Origin: Oligoflexales bacterium
Lineage (GTDB): Bacteria; Bdellovibrionota_B; Oligoflexia; Oligoflexales; CAIYRB01
Assembly (NCBI GenBank): GCA_041736175.1
Contig: JBGSUI010000014.1
Span: 76,017 to 140,016 of the forward strand
Direction: 5' to 3'
Length of the DNA: 64,000 nucleotides
Below, piece after piece: positions 1 to 10,150 of the stretch. Below the pieces are notes generated by a model. The model saw only the letters and a list, made by a program, of their open reading frames with translations, was not told the origin of the DNA and did not search any database. Made by a program: the position numbers and the translations under genes. Position 1 is the first letter of the stretch. Every line of letters starts with the position of its first letter.

Positions 1-296
1 TTAATATCTTCAGGTTGGGACCCTGGAGGTTCGTCTTTTGCTTGTTGGTCCTTGTCAGCTTTAATAGCATCTTGTTGAGGAGTCTTTGCAGTTTGGGTAT
101 TGGTTTTAGTGTCCGTTTTGGTGGCGGATCCTTTTGCTGCTTTTTGCGAAGCCGCTGCGGTTTCGTTGTTTGATTTACGGTCGATTTGTTCATTTGAAGA
201 ACTGCACCTTAGGAGAGTCCAGCCCGTGAGGAGAGCGATCATCAGATTGAAAGTAAATCTAAATTGGTTAGATAAATAAATCTTTATAAAGTTCAT
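1..296 (-). CDS. Partial putative lipoprotein (runs off left edge; not in ORF track)
   Basis: ATG at 296 with GGAG SD; reads MNFIKIYLSNQFRFTFNLMIALLTGWTLLRCSSSNEQ followed by a K/T/Q-rich linker, open to position 1. Confidence 0.7.
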   Translation of the reverse strand, partial: MNFIKIYLSNQFRFTFNLMIALLTGWTLLRCSSSNEQIDRKSNNETAAASQKAAKGSATKTDTKTNTQTAKTPQQDAIKADKDQQAKDEPPGSQPEDI

Positions 297-336
297 GGTG
301 AAGACTCCAATTTTTTTTGTACAAGCACTTAGATTA

Positions 337-364
337 TCATCGGCTAGGTGGTTGGCCGTGTTTA
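337..364 (-). promoter_or_regulatory. sigma28/FliA-like promoter
   Basis: Minus strand TAAA-N16-GCCGATGA upstream of the 296 ATG. Confidence 0.5.
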
Positions 365-575
365 ATTAAATTCTGTTTTAGATTTATCTCCAATAAAATC
401 ATTTAGCTATAACCATGAAAATGTGTCCATTTTTAAGATGTTTGATCGGATCGAAGGGCTTGGGCCAGATCAAAGGCTAGATGGTCCATCCCGTGGAGCG
501 GTAGCTAAATAAAAAGAAAAATAATTTTATAACAGTATGTAATTAAATATAAAAATATAATCATTAAAATTTATC

Positions 576-603
576 TAAATTGCTGCTGACAAAGAACCGA
601 AAA
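576..603 (+). promoter_or_regulatory. sigma28/FliA-like promoter
   Basis: TAAA-N16-ACCGAAAA upstream of the 712 operon. Confidence 0.4.
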
Positions 604-711
604 ATTCAAAACAAGGGGGTCTTGGATGAGATAACAATCGAGACACTGCCGACGTTCGCATTCTTTGGGATGAATCATTTGTGGATATTTTTATAAAGGG
701 GGGTAGGAATT

Positions 712-1929
712 ATGAAAAAATGGAATATCTGGGATCGTAAGGGTTTAAAAATGAACTTGGGGATCGCTCTAGGAGCTGCACTCCTATCGCCTCTCGTGGT
801 CGCAGCACCTCGGGATGTGGCCGATAAGATGTGCAACCGTATCAATGGAGTCCCGCCGACGCCGGAGCTCCTCACTTCGGTGACAGCTTTAGTGGAGCAG
901 GGTAAGGCGAAAGAGGGGGCACTTGCTTGTATCAATGTGCCAGAAGGATATTTTTATAACGATATTCTGAAAGGTCTGTTTTTAAAATGGCAGACTCCTG
1001 ACGATTCTAATCGAGTGGAGCTTTCAGACTTTACGACGACACTTATTGGCTTCGTTAAAGAAGACATTCCTTTTAATACTGTTATGTCAGCTGACATCGT
1101 GTTTATCAGCAATCTGACGGGTACTCCAGCCTATTCGTTGGGTAAACCTACCAACGTAGCAACTCCCGATATGTTTCGGTTTCTAGAGACCTCTCAAGCT
1201 CCGATTCACTCAAGCATCGTAAGGGCTGCCCAAACCACAGCCGCAGGGGCAACATCCCTGCCCGCGGATGCAGTGGCAGGGGTCTTAACGACCCGAGAGT
1301 TTGCCGCCTCCTACTACTCCGCTGGAACTCTCCGCAGAGGAACAGCGGCTATTTTAGCCAATTTCTTGTGTTCGGACTTGGAGGTGCTCCATGATACCAC
1401 CCGTCCCGATACCCGGGTTCGCCGCGATGTGACCCGTTCGCCAGGTGGTGATAGTGCCCTATACCGCAATCGCTGCTCGGGCTGCCATGCGGGCATGGAT
1501 CCTCTCACAGGTGCTTTTTCCTTCCATGACTGGGATGACACGACGACACCAGCAGTCCCCAGATTGGTTTATACCCCTGGAGTCGTGCGACCTAAAGTGA
1601 ATCGCAATGCCACGGAATTTCCTGAGGGCTACATTACCACGGATAACTCCTGGTCCAATCTGTGGGCCGACGGGCCTTCCGCTAAAAAACTGGGCTGGAC
1701 GGGAGCCAACAGTGGAGTCGGTGTCAAGTCTCTGGGAGAAGCCTTAGGTAACACGGAGGCTTTTGCAAAATGTATGGCGAAGAATGCCATTGAGACCATG
1801 TGTATTCGCAAGGCTGTTAGCCAAGGTGACCTGGATGCCATAGACTCACTAGCCCAGGGCTTTAAGGCCAATAACTATAACTTAAAAAATACCTTTGCCG
1901 ATGCTGCCGTCTACTGCAGTAAAGAATAA
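712..1929 (+). CDS. Secreted c-type heme-motif protein (DUF1585/DUF1588-like C-terminal region)
   Basis: Signal peptide; RCSGCHAGMDP (CxxCH); GVLTTREF and FAKCMAK segments resemble partners of DUF1501 proteins; AGGA SD. Confidence 0.6.
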   Translation: MKKWNIWDRKGLKMNLGIALGAALLSPLVVAAPRDVADKMCNRINGVPPTPELLTSVTALVEQGKAKEGALACINVPEGYFYNDILKGLFLKWQTPDDSNRVELSDFTTTLIGFVKEDIPFNTVMSADIVFISNLTGTPAYSLGKPTNVATPDMFRFLETSQAPIHSSIVRAAQTTAAGATSLPADAVAGVLTTREFAASYYSAGTLRRGTAAILANFLCSDLEVLHDTTRPDTRVRRDVTRSPGGDSALYRNRCSGCHAGMDPLTGAFSFHDWDDTTTPAVPRLVYTPGVVRPKVNRNATEFPEGYITTDNSWSNLWADGPSAKKLGWTGANSGVGVKSLGEALGNTEAFAKCMAKNAIETMCIRKAVSQGDLDAIDSLAQGFKANNYNLKNTFADAAVYCSKE

Positions 1930-1998
1930 TGGGAAATATGCGCAGATTAGACTGATCGAAATATAAACAAATAAATGCAACATATAAGGAAACACGCC

Positions 1999-2805
1999 AT
2001 GAAACATACTGTTAGAAATTTAGCTTATTTCATATTGCCGATGACCCTAGGGTTTTTAGGGAGCTGTAGCCAAAAAAAGTCTTCGAGGCCAGGAGGCGCA
2101 GCGCCGACTGCGGGGCAAAACCAGACCCAAGATGAGATCGACGCTGATGCAGAAGGTGAGGCGGCTGATACCAGTACCGCCAATGCTAATGAGAATCCAG
2201 TCGCGGAAGGGGCACCCACCAATCCAGCCAATCCTGCCAATCCTGAGGGTCCCAAAAATCCAGAGATGATGCCTGAGGCTCCACCTTCAGCACCTGCACC
2301 AAAGGTTTTTAGTTTGATGGGGGTCCGCAATTTTGAAAGTATCAATTCGACCATGTCGGCACTCACAGGGGTCCCAAAGACTACCCCTACGATTGTGACG
2401 GCCTTTAATGCAAACAAAGTGGCACTACCCACCCACTCGTTTGCAGAAAATCTTAGTAGCTCTGCAGTCGTTGGTCTCTTTAAACTTGCAGCTACCTATT
2501 GTGATGAACTTGCAAAGTCGGTAACTCTGCGACCAGCAGTGTATGGCACTTTTAATTTTGCAGGTTTACCACAAGCTGTGCTCACTCCAGATGGAATGCG
2601 TCAAGTTGCTGATGCTCTTGTCACCAAATTTTGGGGAAAAGATTTAGCACGGCTACCGCCCCACGATGCAAATGTCACGCAGATGGTCACGACCATGACA
2701 GAATTAAAAACCCTGATTCCAGGAAATACAGCCGCCGATACAGTGAAAATCATCAACGGATCCTGTACAGCGGCCCTCATGTCCACCGGTTCAGTCGTCT
2801 ATTAA
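1999..2805 (+). CDS. Lipoprotein with Pro/Asn-rich linker and conserved-looking C-terminal domain
   Basis: Lipobox LGSC; AAGGA SD before ATG 1999 (track start 1975); GVRNFESINSTMSALTGVP domain. Confidence 0.65.
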   Translation: MKHTVRNLAYFILPMTLGFLGSCSQKKSSRPGGAAPTAGQNQTQDEIDADAEGEAADTSTANANENPVAEGAPTNPANPANPEGPKNPEMMPEAPPSAPAPKVFSLMGVRNFESINSTMSALTGVPKTTPTIVTAFNANKVALPTHSFAENLSSSAVVGLFKLAATYCDELAKSVTLRPAVYGTFNFAGLPQAVLTPDGMRQVADALVTKFWGKDLARLPPHDANVTQMVTTMTELKTLIPGNTAADTVKIINGSCTAALMSTGSVVY

Positions 2806-2856
2806 TGAACTTATTAACTTTAAAAATACATCAAATTTTATAGGGAGACAAAAATC

Positions 2857-4323
2857 ATGGGAACGAAAAAAAACCTCGAAACAAACAAAATTCAAATCAA
2901 TCATCCAATGACAACACGGAGAGATTTTTTGGCACAAGGCGTGATCCAAGGGGGGGCTTTTGCTGTCGTCCCAAGCACTCTTTTGATGGCTACCAATAAA
3001 GCTTTAGGAGCCTTTGATCCAGCGAAGTGTACCCCCACGGGAGGCAGCACAAAACGTGGTCCAGCTTTTTTAGCGATCGATTGCGCTGGCGGGAGTAACC
3101 TATTGGGCTCTAATTTTATCGTTGGAGGAAAAGGGGGGCAGATGGATTTTCTTACCCCAGGGAGTTATGCAACCATTGGCTTAACAACGGCGATCGAGCC
3201 ACAGACGGTCGCTCCAGATGTTTCCTACGGCGTGGCGATGCACCCAAGCTCAGGCATCCTTGCTGGCCTCAACGCAGCGATTACTGATGCCACGATCAAG
3301 GCGAAAATCTCGGGGGTCGTCGCCTGTGCACAAACAAACGACGATTCTAGCGCTAATCCACTAAACGTTAATCAATTGATCTCCAAGATCGCTCCACCAG
3401 CGGGTTTGGTGGGCAATTTAGGTGTACGGGCCTCCGCTTCAGGGGGCAGGCACGCAGTCGTGCCGGCTACAGTCAATGCGGCCTACTCGCCGGTTATTTT
3501 GACCAGACCAGATGACGCTCTTAAGCTTGTGGATCCGGGGCTCTTCACTGCGAGAGAAGCGGAAGCAGTGATCAAGGCTGCGAGTCGTATGTCCGATTCC
3601 CAGCTATCTCTATTTCAAGCAAAAACAGTCCCTGATCAAATCAAAGAATTGATGAACTGTGGATATGTTTCAGGAAGCGGTTTTCTTTCAAAGTTTACCC
3701 CTGACAGACTCAGTGCGACTGCAGATACTAGGATAACGGCGATTTTTCCAGCAATCGCAACCAATGCAAACGATGCCCGTCTTGCCACCCTTACTAAGCT
3801 TTTGATTGATGGCAACGCCAGTGCAGCAACCTATGAAATCGGTGGTTGCGACTATCATGGGCAAGGGACCACTGTACAACACGCTAAAAATATCGAGATC
3901 GGAACAGCCATTGGACGATTTTTTAGGGCCTGTGCTGCGGCCAATGTCCCCGGTATGGTTTTTATCACGACTGATGGTGGTGTGAGCGCCAATGGCGGTG
4001 CATCGAATAGTGCAACGGTGCCTTTCTTTGCCTTTAACAGTGATAACGGCCAACGCAGTGGCGCGGTGATTATGGCCTTTGATCCAGTAACAAAACCCAA
4101 TGCCATACCAGGAAACCAGATCGGAGCTTATACCGCAGCAGGTGCTTGCGATACCACCAGCAGTCCCCTTGCTAACTCCCCCTCTAATTTAGGTCTTTGG
4201 GCTGCGGCGACCTATGCTGGCCTCCTAGGCCAAGCTGACAAGATGGCGACCTTTCTCAATGGCAACAATCCGCTAGCAAGTTTAAAAGACAGTGGCGCAG
4301 CTTTTGGCAATGTCAAAGTTTAA
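2857..4323 (+). CDS. Tat-exported DUF1501-like protein
   Basis: TRRDFL twin-arginine motif; IDCAGGSN, GGCDYH and ITTDG segments similar to DUF1501-like proteins. Confidence 0.6.
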   Translation: MGTKKNLETNKIQINHPMTTRRDFLAQGVIQGGAFAVVPSTLLMATNKALGAFDPAKCTPTGGSTKRGPAFLAIDCAGGSNLLGSNFIVGGKGGQMDFLTPGSYATIGLTTAIEPQTVAPDVSYGVAMHPSSGILAGLNAAITDATIKAKISGVVACAQTNDDSSANPLNVNQLISKIAPPAGLVGNLGVRASASGGRHAVVPATVNAAYSPVILTRPDDALKLVDPGLFTAREAEAVIKAASRMSDSQLSLFQAKTVPDQIKELMNCGYVSGSGFLSKFTPDRLSATADTRITAIFPAIATNANDARLATLTKLLIDGNASAATYEIGGCDYHGQGTTVQHAKNIEIGTAIGRFFRACAAANVPGMVFITTDGGVSANGGASNSATVPFFAFNSDNGQRSGAVIMAFDPVTKPNAIPGNQIGAYTAAGACDTTSSPLANSPSNLGLWAAATYAGLLGQADKMATFLNGNNPLASLKDSGAAFGNVKV

Positions 4324-4370
4324 GCCAATTTAATGGCTTTGAAAGACAATCTAAAGGGGGCAAGTTTTTT

Positions 4371-5825
4371 ATGGACTATTTATTTAAGCTAAAAAATTTA
4401 TGTATATTATTTCTTGCTTCGTCGGTCATCCAGGCTTGCGCTGAATCTAAACCTACAAGAAAATCCATGCGTGTAGCCATCAACACGCCTGCCGATGAGG
4501 AACTAGAAGATAAAGATGCTGAAGCAGAACCTGGAGATCCCAAGCCTATCGTTACGGATATTGCCAGTCCCATAACTCCTGAAGCCCCAGTTGAGCCAGT
4601 AAAAGAGACGCAAGAGTCCCTTAAGTTTTTTTCGGCCAGCGTCCATCCACCTCTAGTCGAATGGTGTGGATCCTGTCATAAAACAGGAGCGCAGCCACCC
4701 TATTTGGCAGATGTGGACGCCAAAAAATCCTATGACGAAATCCTAGTGAGTCACAAAATGGACTTTGCTGATCCGAAAGCTTCTCGCCTCTATGTAAAAA
4801 CGGTTGTTGAACAACACCAATGTCCGCCCACCCTCGGCTGCGAAGAGGCAGGGAAAATGTTGCTGCCTATCCTCGAAGAGTGGGTCAAGGCCTCGGCTGG
4901 AAGTGTGGAGATTCCAAAAACGGAGGTTGACGCCAAATTAACCACCGTTTCAAAACTCCTCTCAGAGAGGTTGAGCGTGCGAGAAGATAGTGGTGCGCCC
5001 GAGGGTTCTTTTTATTTTCCAGCAGAGAGCGGTACCTTAAAAGCTCCCCTCGCCGTAAGGGACCGAAAAGAAGGTGAAGGTGGTAAAATCATCGCCACCG
5101 CCGCAGGTGCGGGAAATGACGTCAATTTAGCCAATGCAACCAATAATGCCGCCCTGGGAACAGTGACTTTTACGGTCAATATCACCAAGCCTGGTCGTTA
5201 CCATGCAGTCGGACGGGTGGGGAGTCCCAATGCAGTGGCGGCCAATAACAGCTCTTTCTATATTAAGTTAGATGCGGGGCCGCTACTCCTGTGGGACTTT
5301 CCGGGGACTAATAATACTTTGATTTATAGCAAGGCTGACCCGACTGTGGCGGGTGGCACTCCCCATGTGTTTGATCTTACCGCTGGATCCCACACCTTTG
5401 AAGTACGCCAAAGACAAGAATTAGCTGAGTTGGATAGCTTTATCTTGACCTCTGACCTAACGTATAATTTTGCTAATTTTGCGGCAGCCCTCAGGTCCTA
5501 CAATCAAATGGAGTTTGATATCAGTGCCCAATCTGGTGTCAATGGAGCTAAGCTGACTCTGGACATCGGTGAATACGACGAAAAATCTTATATCATTAAG
5601 AACCCAAAGATTGCTTTCGGCCAAGGAAAGGTCAAAGTCAAAAGTTTAAAGGTTTTGATTAATGACAAGTTTTTGCCCCAGCACGCGACCTTTATGGGGA
5701 TCAACGAAGAAGTCGCTGCACCTGGAAAAGTACTTTCTCCGGCAACCCTTATTGCCTTAAAAGACAAGGGGAAAGATGCTGATAAGTTTTCAGTCACTTT
5801 TGAAACGATTGAAAGTGTGCCCTAA
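4371..5825 (+). CDS. Lipoprotein with CxxCH heme motif and carbohydrate-binding-like beta-sandwich
   Basis: Lipobox IQAC; WCGSCH; AESG...TVTFTVNITKPGRY...LTAGSHTFEV resembles a CBM6/35-like domain. Confidence 0.6.
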   Translation: MDYLFKLKNLCILFLASSVIQACAESKPTRKSMRVAINTPADEELEDKDAEAEPGDPKPIVTDIASPITPEAPVEPVKETQESLKFFSASVHPPLVEWCGSCHKTGAQPPYLADVDAKKSYDEILVSHKMDFADPKASRLYVKTVVEQHQCPPTLGCEEAGKMLLPILEEWVKASAGSVEIPKTEVDAKLTTVSKLLSERLSVREDSGAPEGSFYFPAESGTLKAPLAVRDRKEGEGGKIIATAAGAGNDVNLANATNNAALGTVTFTVNITKPGRYHAVGRVGSPNAVAANNSSFYIKLDAGPLLLWDFPGTNNTLIYSKADPTVAGGTPHVFDLTAGSHTFEVRQRQELAELDSFILTSDLTYNFANFAAALRSYNQMEFDISAQSGVNGAKLTLDIGEYDEKSYIIKNPKIAFGQGKVKVKSLKVLINDKFLPQHATFMGINEEVAAPGKVLSPATLIALKDKGKDADKFSVTFETIESVP

Positions 5826-6685
5826 TGGGCGGGAGAATTGGGCAGCATATAGTCACGTTTGTCAATCGACGCTAAGGCCTGGAGCATCGCTTGGATCAAG
5901 GCCCGCGTCGTAGGATCAGGATGAGATTTCTCTGCTTTCTTTACGGACTCCTCAACGCTGGGGTGTAAAAGGGTGTTTTGGGCCAGCGAGACCAAGGCGG
6001 CTTCTCCTATTGATTTTTTTTGGGGTTTCGCTCGACCTGCAAATCTTGATACAAGACTTATCACCCGGTCTACATATTTGTTGTCTCCTGTGGCGCTGAA
6101 TCCGGCCCACAGCATATTGACCTGACCGATATGTTGGACTTCGCTAAAAAGGGGGTTTAAGGAGCGCGAGGGAATGTTTTTGAGCATTTCAGCCATTTTT
6201 TGACTTTTATCTTTTGGAAAATGGCTTAAAAGAGAGTCTGCGGTTTTTTGCAGATCTTTTTTGTCGGTTAGCCACAAGGCTACGACGATCACGGTCCACT
6301 GCCTTTCGCTAAAGGATTTTTCCCAACCTTTAATCCAGAGGTTTGCATTGTCTGGGTGAGAATTAAAAATCTGTGCGACAAACATACTAGCGACTTCTGG
6401 ATATTCCATAAGGAGGCCGTTTTTTTCCATAAATAAAAGGGCACTTGTCAGTTCTTCTGGCTTTGGATCTTGGTAGTAATAAACAAACCAAGATTTGAAA
6501 TCATCCATATCCCTAAAAGATCGCGAAACCTGTTGGATATCCGAACTATAAAATCCAAGGGTCTGGCAGGCAGCATTAAATAAAGATATAAAAAAACATG
6601 TAAATACCAGAAAAAATCGATGTCTGAAGCAGCGGCTGGTAAAGAGATCTTTTTGTAGAAAGTAGGACATCAAAACCTTTTTCAT
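5822..6685 (-). CDS. Hypothetical lipoprotein
   Basis: Long ORF; hydrophobic segment ending NAAC; start 6685 or 6697. Confidence 0.6.
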   Translation of the reverse strand: MKKVLMSYFLQKDLFTSRCFRHRFFLVFTCFFISLFNAACQTLGFYSSDIQQVSRSFRDMDDFKSWFVYYYQDPKPEELTSALLFMEKNGLLMEYPEVASMFVAQIFNSHPDNANLWIKGWEKSFSERQWTVIVVALWLTDKKDLQKTADSLLSHFPKDKSQKMAEMLKNIPSRSLNPLFSEVQHIGQVNMLWAGFSATGDNKYVDRVISLVSRFAGRAKPQKKSIGEAALVSLAQNTLLHPSVEESVKKAEKSHPDPTTRALIQAMLQALASIDKRDYMLPNSPAH

Positions 6686-6796
6686 TTGTCTCACCACCTG
6701 AATGGTATCGGCACAGGTGTAAAAAACATAAATCTATGTAGATTAAAATTAAGTAGGCAACCCCAACATCAAGGGACCTGTGATAAACTATGATAT

Positions 6797-8062
6797 ATGT
6801 CTGACGAAAAAACCATTTCAGCCTTCCGCGCCGTCCCAAGGACCGGTGTCATATTCGTAACGACGGAAGCTTCCCGTTGTGGCTACGCCCCAAACGATGA
6901 GGACTGGTGCAACCTTGGTCAAGGTCAGCCAGAGACGGGACCCCTACCTGGTGCTCCTGACCGAGTCAAGCAGGTACCAATCGATGTCGACGACTGTGAG
7001 TATTCACCGACCGCTGGGCTCTGGGAGTTGAGGGAAGCGGTTGCTTCGCTCTACAACAGCCTCTACCGTCGTGGGATGAAAAGCCAATATAAACCAGAAA
7101 ATGTATGTATCGCTGGTGGCGGGAGGTCTCTGCTCACCAGAGCCGCAGCAAGTCTTGGGTCAGTCAATTTAGGGCACTTTTTGCCTGACTATACGGCCTA
7201 TGAGGAGTTGCTTGATATCTTTAAGGCCTTTACGGCGATCCCTATCCTTCTAGACGGCGAAAATGGCTACAACTTTAGTTCTGAGGATCTTCGTAAAGAA
7301 ATTCAGGGACGCGGTCTTTCGGCCTTGCTGTTTTCTAACCCCTGCAACCCAACGGGGAGAGTTGTGGAGGGCGAGGAGATGCAGAAATGGTGTTCCGTTG
7401 CTCGCCAAAACGACTGTAGCTTGCTTGTAGACGAATTTTATTCCCACTATCTCTATCGGAGCCGACCAGGGCAGGTCCCTATGGTCAGCGCGGCATCTTG
7501 TGTTGAAGATGTCGATAAGGATCCAGTGGTGCTTTTTGATGGTTTTACCAAAAATTGGCGCTATCCGGGGTGGCGGGTGGCCTGGGCCCTTGGACCACAA
7601 AAAATCGCAGAGGCCCTGGCGAGTGCTGGATCTTTTCTCGATGGTGGCGGCTCTAAACCCCTCCAGAGAGCGGCGATTGGTTTGGTTTCTAACGAGCATG
7701 TTATGCAGGAGACCCATGCCATCCAAGAATGCTTTCGAGCCAAACGTAACCTGATTGTGCCACGGCTCGAAAATTTAGGCGTAAAAATTGACCGGGTCCC
7801 TGAGGGCACCTTTTACGTATGGGGTTCTGTGGCAGATTTAGCGCCGCCGTTTCAGGATGGAATGAGCTTTTTTAGGGAAGCCTTAAAGCATAAAGTGATC
7901 GTCGTGCCAGGCGAGTTTTTTGACGTCAATCCAGGCAAAAGACGTCGCGGTAGTCATGGCCGCTTTAAGGGATATGTACGCTTTTCTTTTGGACCAAACC
8001 TTAAGACGGTTGCCTTAGCTTTAGATAGGTTGGATAGGATGGTTAAGGCTAGCAAATCTTAA
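6797..8062 (+). CDS. PLP-dependent aminotransferase class I/II
   Basis: NLGQGQPE, NPCNPTG, DEFY and DGFTKNWRYPGWR (PLP lysine) motifs. Confidence 0.9.
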   Translation: MSDEKTISAFRAVPRTGVIFVTTEASRCGYAPNDEDWCNLGQGQPETGPLPGAPDRVKQVPIDVDDCEYSPTAGLWELREAVASLYNSLYRRGMKSQYKPENVCIAGGGRSLLTRAAASLGSVNLGHFLPDYTAYEELLDIFKAFTAIPILLDGENGYNFSSEDLRKEIQGRGLSALLFSNPCNPTGRVVEGEEMQKWCSVARQNDCSLLVDEFYSHYLYRSRPGQVPMVSAASCVEDVDKDPVVLFDGFTKNWRYPGWRVAWALGPQKIAEALASAGSFLDGGGSKPLQRAAIGLVSNEHVMQETHAIQECFRAKRNLIVPRLENLGVKIDRVPEGTFYVWGSVADLAPPFQDGMSFFREALKHKVIVVPGEFFDVNPGKRRRGSHGRFKGYVRFSFGPNLKTVALALDRLDRMVKASKS

Positions 8063-8067
8063 GCCAC

Positions 8068-8547
8068 CTAAGATTTGATCAGATCAGTATAGTATTTAAG
8101 ATTAACCTTTTCAGCCTTTTCATTGAAAATAGACATGTTTTTGATTTCGGCGTTGGTGATTTGGGGAAACGATTTGTTTCCTGCTATTTTAACCCACTTT
8201 AGGGCACTCCAATTGGGTTTAATATCGTCACAGGTTACATGAACCTGGATGATATCTCCCCATGGATTATTAAGGATTAGCCAAAAGTCGACGACTGCCA
8301 AATAGGTCGTTGAATAGTTATAGACTTCTACTAAAACCATACCCTTTTTGCCGCGTTTTTCGGGAGGTGTGATTTTGAAGTTGATATGTGGCCCCAGATC
8401 CTTCCGCTGTTTGTAAGCATCGCGATGGATGACCGTACGACTGACGGAGGAGGGAGAGGGATTAGACGGTCTTGTTGGGGCTGCTGCTAGGGATGTATTG
8501 TTAAGAATCAAAGTGAGGATGGCGACCAAAGACATTATATTTATCAT
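8068..8547 (-). CDS. Hypothetical secreted protein
   Basis: 159-aa ORF with signal peptide. Confidence 0.6.
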   Translation of the reverse strand: MINIMSLVAILTLILNNTSLAAAPTRPSNPSPSSVSRTVIHRDAYKQRKDLGPHINFKITPPEKRGKKGMVLVEVYNYSTTYLAVVDFWLILNNPWGDIIQVHVTCDDIKPNWSALKWVKIAGNKSFPQITNAEIKNMSIFNEKAEKVNLKYYTDLIKS

Positions 8548-8615
8548 GCAAGGCCCAGCGCAGCAGGTTTTTTAGGACGAAAGAGGGGAAGGATGACCTT
8601 CCCCTTTTAGAGAGA

Positions 8616-9089
8616 CTATTTTTTAGGTTTTGGCTTGTTCCATTTAAGGGGCTTCGGCACCGTCGTGGTGAGGGCCTTGATGGAAACATATTGTTGGGGG
8701 CCAATTTTGCACCATTCGCCATTGATAACACAGTCGAGTTTTTCGCCGTGTTTTGCATAGCGTTTTACAGGAAAGGATTTGTCTGGACCAGTTCGCACAT
8801 TGAGTGCAAGGGTCTTCACATAGCGCACCTGGGGCTGGCCATCAAACCCAGGGGCTTCCGTAGATTGAGGTGGTGGCGGTGGAGGAGGTGGCGGGGGTGG
8901 TGGAGGAGGGGCTGGTTCAGGCTCCGGAGCGGGCTGGGGTGCCGTCGCTTCAGCCTCGGAGTCTGCTTCACCACCATCTGCCTTAGCACTTCCCCCTTCT
9001 TCGACTGGCTCCTCGGCTTGCTCATCCCCTGAGCAGGCTCCGACGCCCGTCAAGAGACACATTATTAAAAGTCCCTTTTTCAAAATCAT
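8616..9089 (-). CDS. Lipoprotein with poly-Pro linker and C-terminal SH3b-like domain
   Basis: AAAGGAG SD before ATG 9089; lipobox VGAC; 12-Pro run; LNVRTGP...GEWCKI SH3b-like motif. Confidence 0.75.
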   Translation of the reverse strand: MILKKGLLIMCLLTGVGACSGDEQAEEPVEEGGSAKADGGEADSEAEATAPQPAPEPEPAPPPPPPPPPPPPPPQSTEAPGFDGQPQVRYVKTLALNVRTGPDKSFPVKRYAKHGEKLDCVINGEWCKIGPQQYVSIKALTTTVPKPLKWNKPKPKK

Positions 9090-9199
9090 GCCCAGCTCCT
9101 TTGCGGGTGCCCTAAGCTCCACAAATAATAAATTTAAAATAGTTCTATTGACTAATAGGTTGCCATGACATGGCCATAAACTCAAGTTTTTGACCATGG

Positions 9200-9227
9200 T
9201 CATCGGGACTTGGTTGTGATGAAATTA
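9200..9227 (-). promoter_or_regulatory. sigma28/FliA-like promoter
   Basis: Minus strand TAAT-N16-CCCGATGA upstream of the SH3 lipoprotein. Confidence 0.35.
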
Positions 9228-9358
9228 ATAAAAAAAATGGGAATTGTTCCGTAATAACATGTAATTATAAATTAAAATGAATTTTTTGGGGACAAAAAAA
9301 TCGAAAAAAAACTTGATCCAAGTCCAGATCTATGACACTTGATCAAAGCCGACCGTAT

Positions 9359-9445
9359 GCGAGCGTGTTGGAATTGGTAGACAAGCTGGTCTCAGAAGCC
9401 AGTGCCCGTAAGGGTGTGGAGGTTCAAGTCCTCTCGCTCGCACCA
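9359..9445 (+). tRNA. tRNA-Leu(CAG)
   Basis: GCGAGCG/CGCTCGC acceptor stem, D-loop TGGTAGAC, anticodon CAG at 9393-9395, long variable arm, GGTTCAAGTCC T-arm, encoded CCA. Confidence 0.97.
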
Positions 9446-9538
9446 TAAAGTTTTTAGAGATCTGACTCAGGATTCTTAGTGCCTGCAGTCTACCCACCCT
9501 TAAACAATAAAAGTACAATTTGAGAGATGGGGGCTGGT

Positions 9539-9692
9539 ATGCATATTCTGTGGGATGAGGCAAAGGCTGAAAGCAACATCACGGAGGCTGCTGATTGTCG
9601 TTTGAAGTGATCGCGATGGCGATATAATCCGCATTATTTCAGCACGAAAAACAACAGCAAAAGAAAGGAGGATTTATGAAAAAGGAGTATGA
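9539..9692 (+). pseudogene. brnT: BrnT-family toxin pseudogene
   Basis: MHILWDEAKAESNI start and IIRIISARK end match 22301-22573; net 119 bp shorter and TGG changed to TGA. Confidence 0.9.
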
Positions 9693-9942
9693 CCTAAAAA
9701 AGCTTAGGGCGGTGAAAAAAGGTGCTGTCGTGCCTAAGAAAGGAACGACAGTGGCAAAAACTGTTCAAATTGATCTAGAAATTGTCACGTGGTTAGTCGC
9801 CGAATCAAATCGGCAAGGCTTGAAGTTTGAGTCGCTCCTTAACTCCTTTTTACGAGCCGCAATGACGGGCGGTGGTGCAGTCTTAACAGAAGAAAAGGTT
9901 CGGCAAATCGTTCGTGACGAATTAGAAAAGCACGCGTCCTAA
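9676..9942 (+). CDS. brnA: BrnA-like antitoxin (orphaned copy)
   Basis: MKKEYDL...IDLEIVTWL...LLNSFLRAAM; near-identical to 22557-22823. Confidence 0.8.
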   Translation: MKKEYDLKKLRAVKKGAVVPKKGTTVAKTVQIDLEIVTWLVAESNRQGLKFESLLNSFLRAAMTGGGAVLTEEKVRQIVRDELEKHAS

Positions 9943-9953
9943 AATTTTAACAA

Positions 9954-9989
9954 AACGCCCTTCCCTTCGTTAAAGGGAGGGCGTTCTTG
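9954..9989. terminator. Hairpin terminator, possibly bidirectional
   Basis: AACGCCCTTCCCTT / AAGGGAGGGCGTT inverted repeat between convergent genes. Confidence 0.6.
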
Positions 9990-10150
9990 AGGCTGCTTAA
10001 AATCCTATGAACTCGATCGGCTTTTCTTGACACCGACCGTGTTGCGGCGGTTCCCCGCGGATGCTCCGGCCCGGGCGGGGGTTTCCGCGGCCTTTTCCCG
10101 GATGTCCTCGTCGCAGAGGTCCGGCAGGAGTGGGTGACGGCGGGACAATA

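Larger units (their letters stand above)
9507..9967 (+). repeat. brnTA module copy 1 (diverged repeat of 22269-22848)
   Basis: Upstream leader, brnT ends, whole brnA and downstream TAACAAAACG align with copy 2. Confidence 0.9.

Noticed and set aside
9330..9563. 77-aa minus-strand ORF
   Set aside because: Antisense translation of the tRNA gene.
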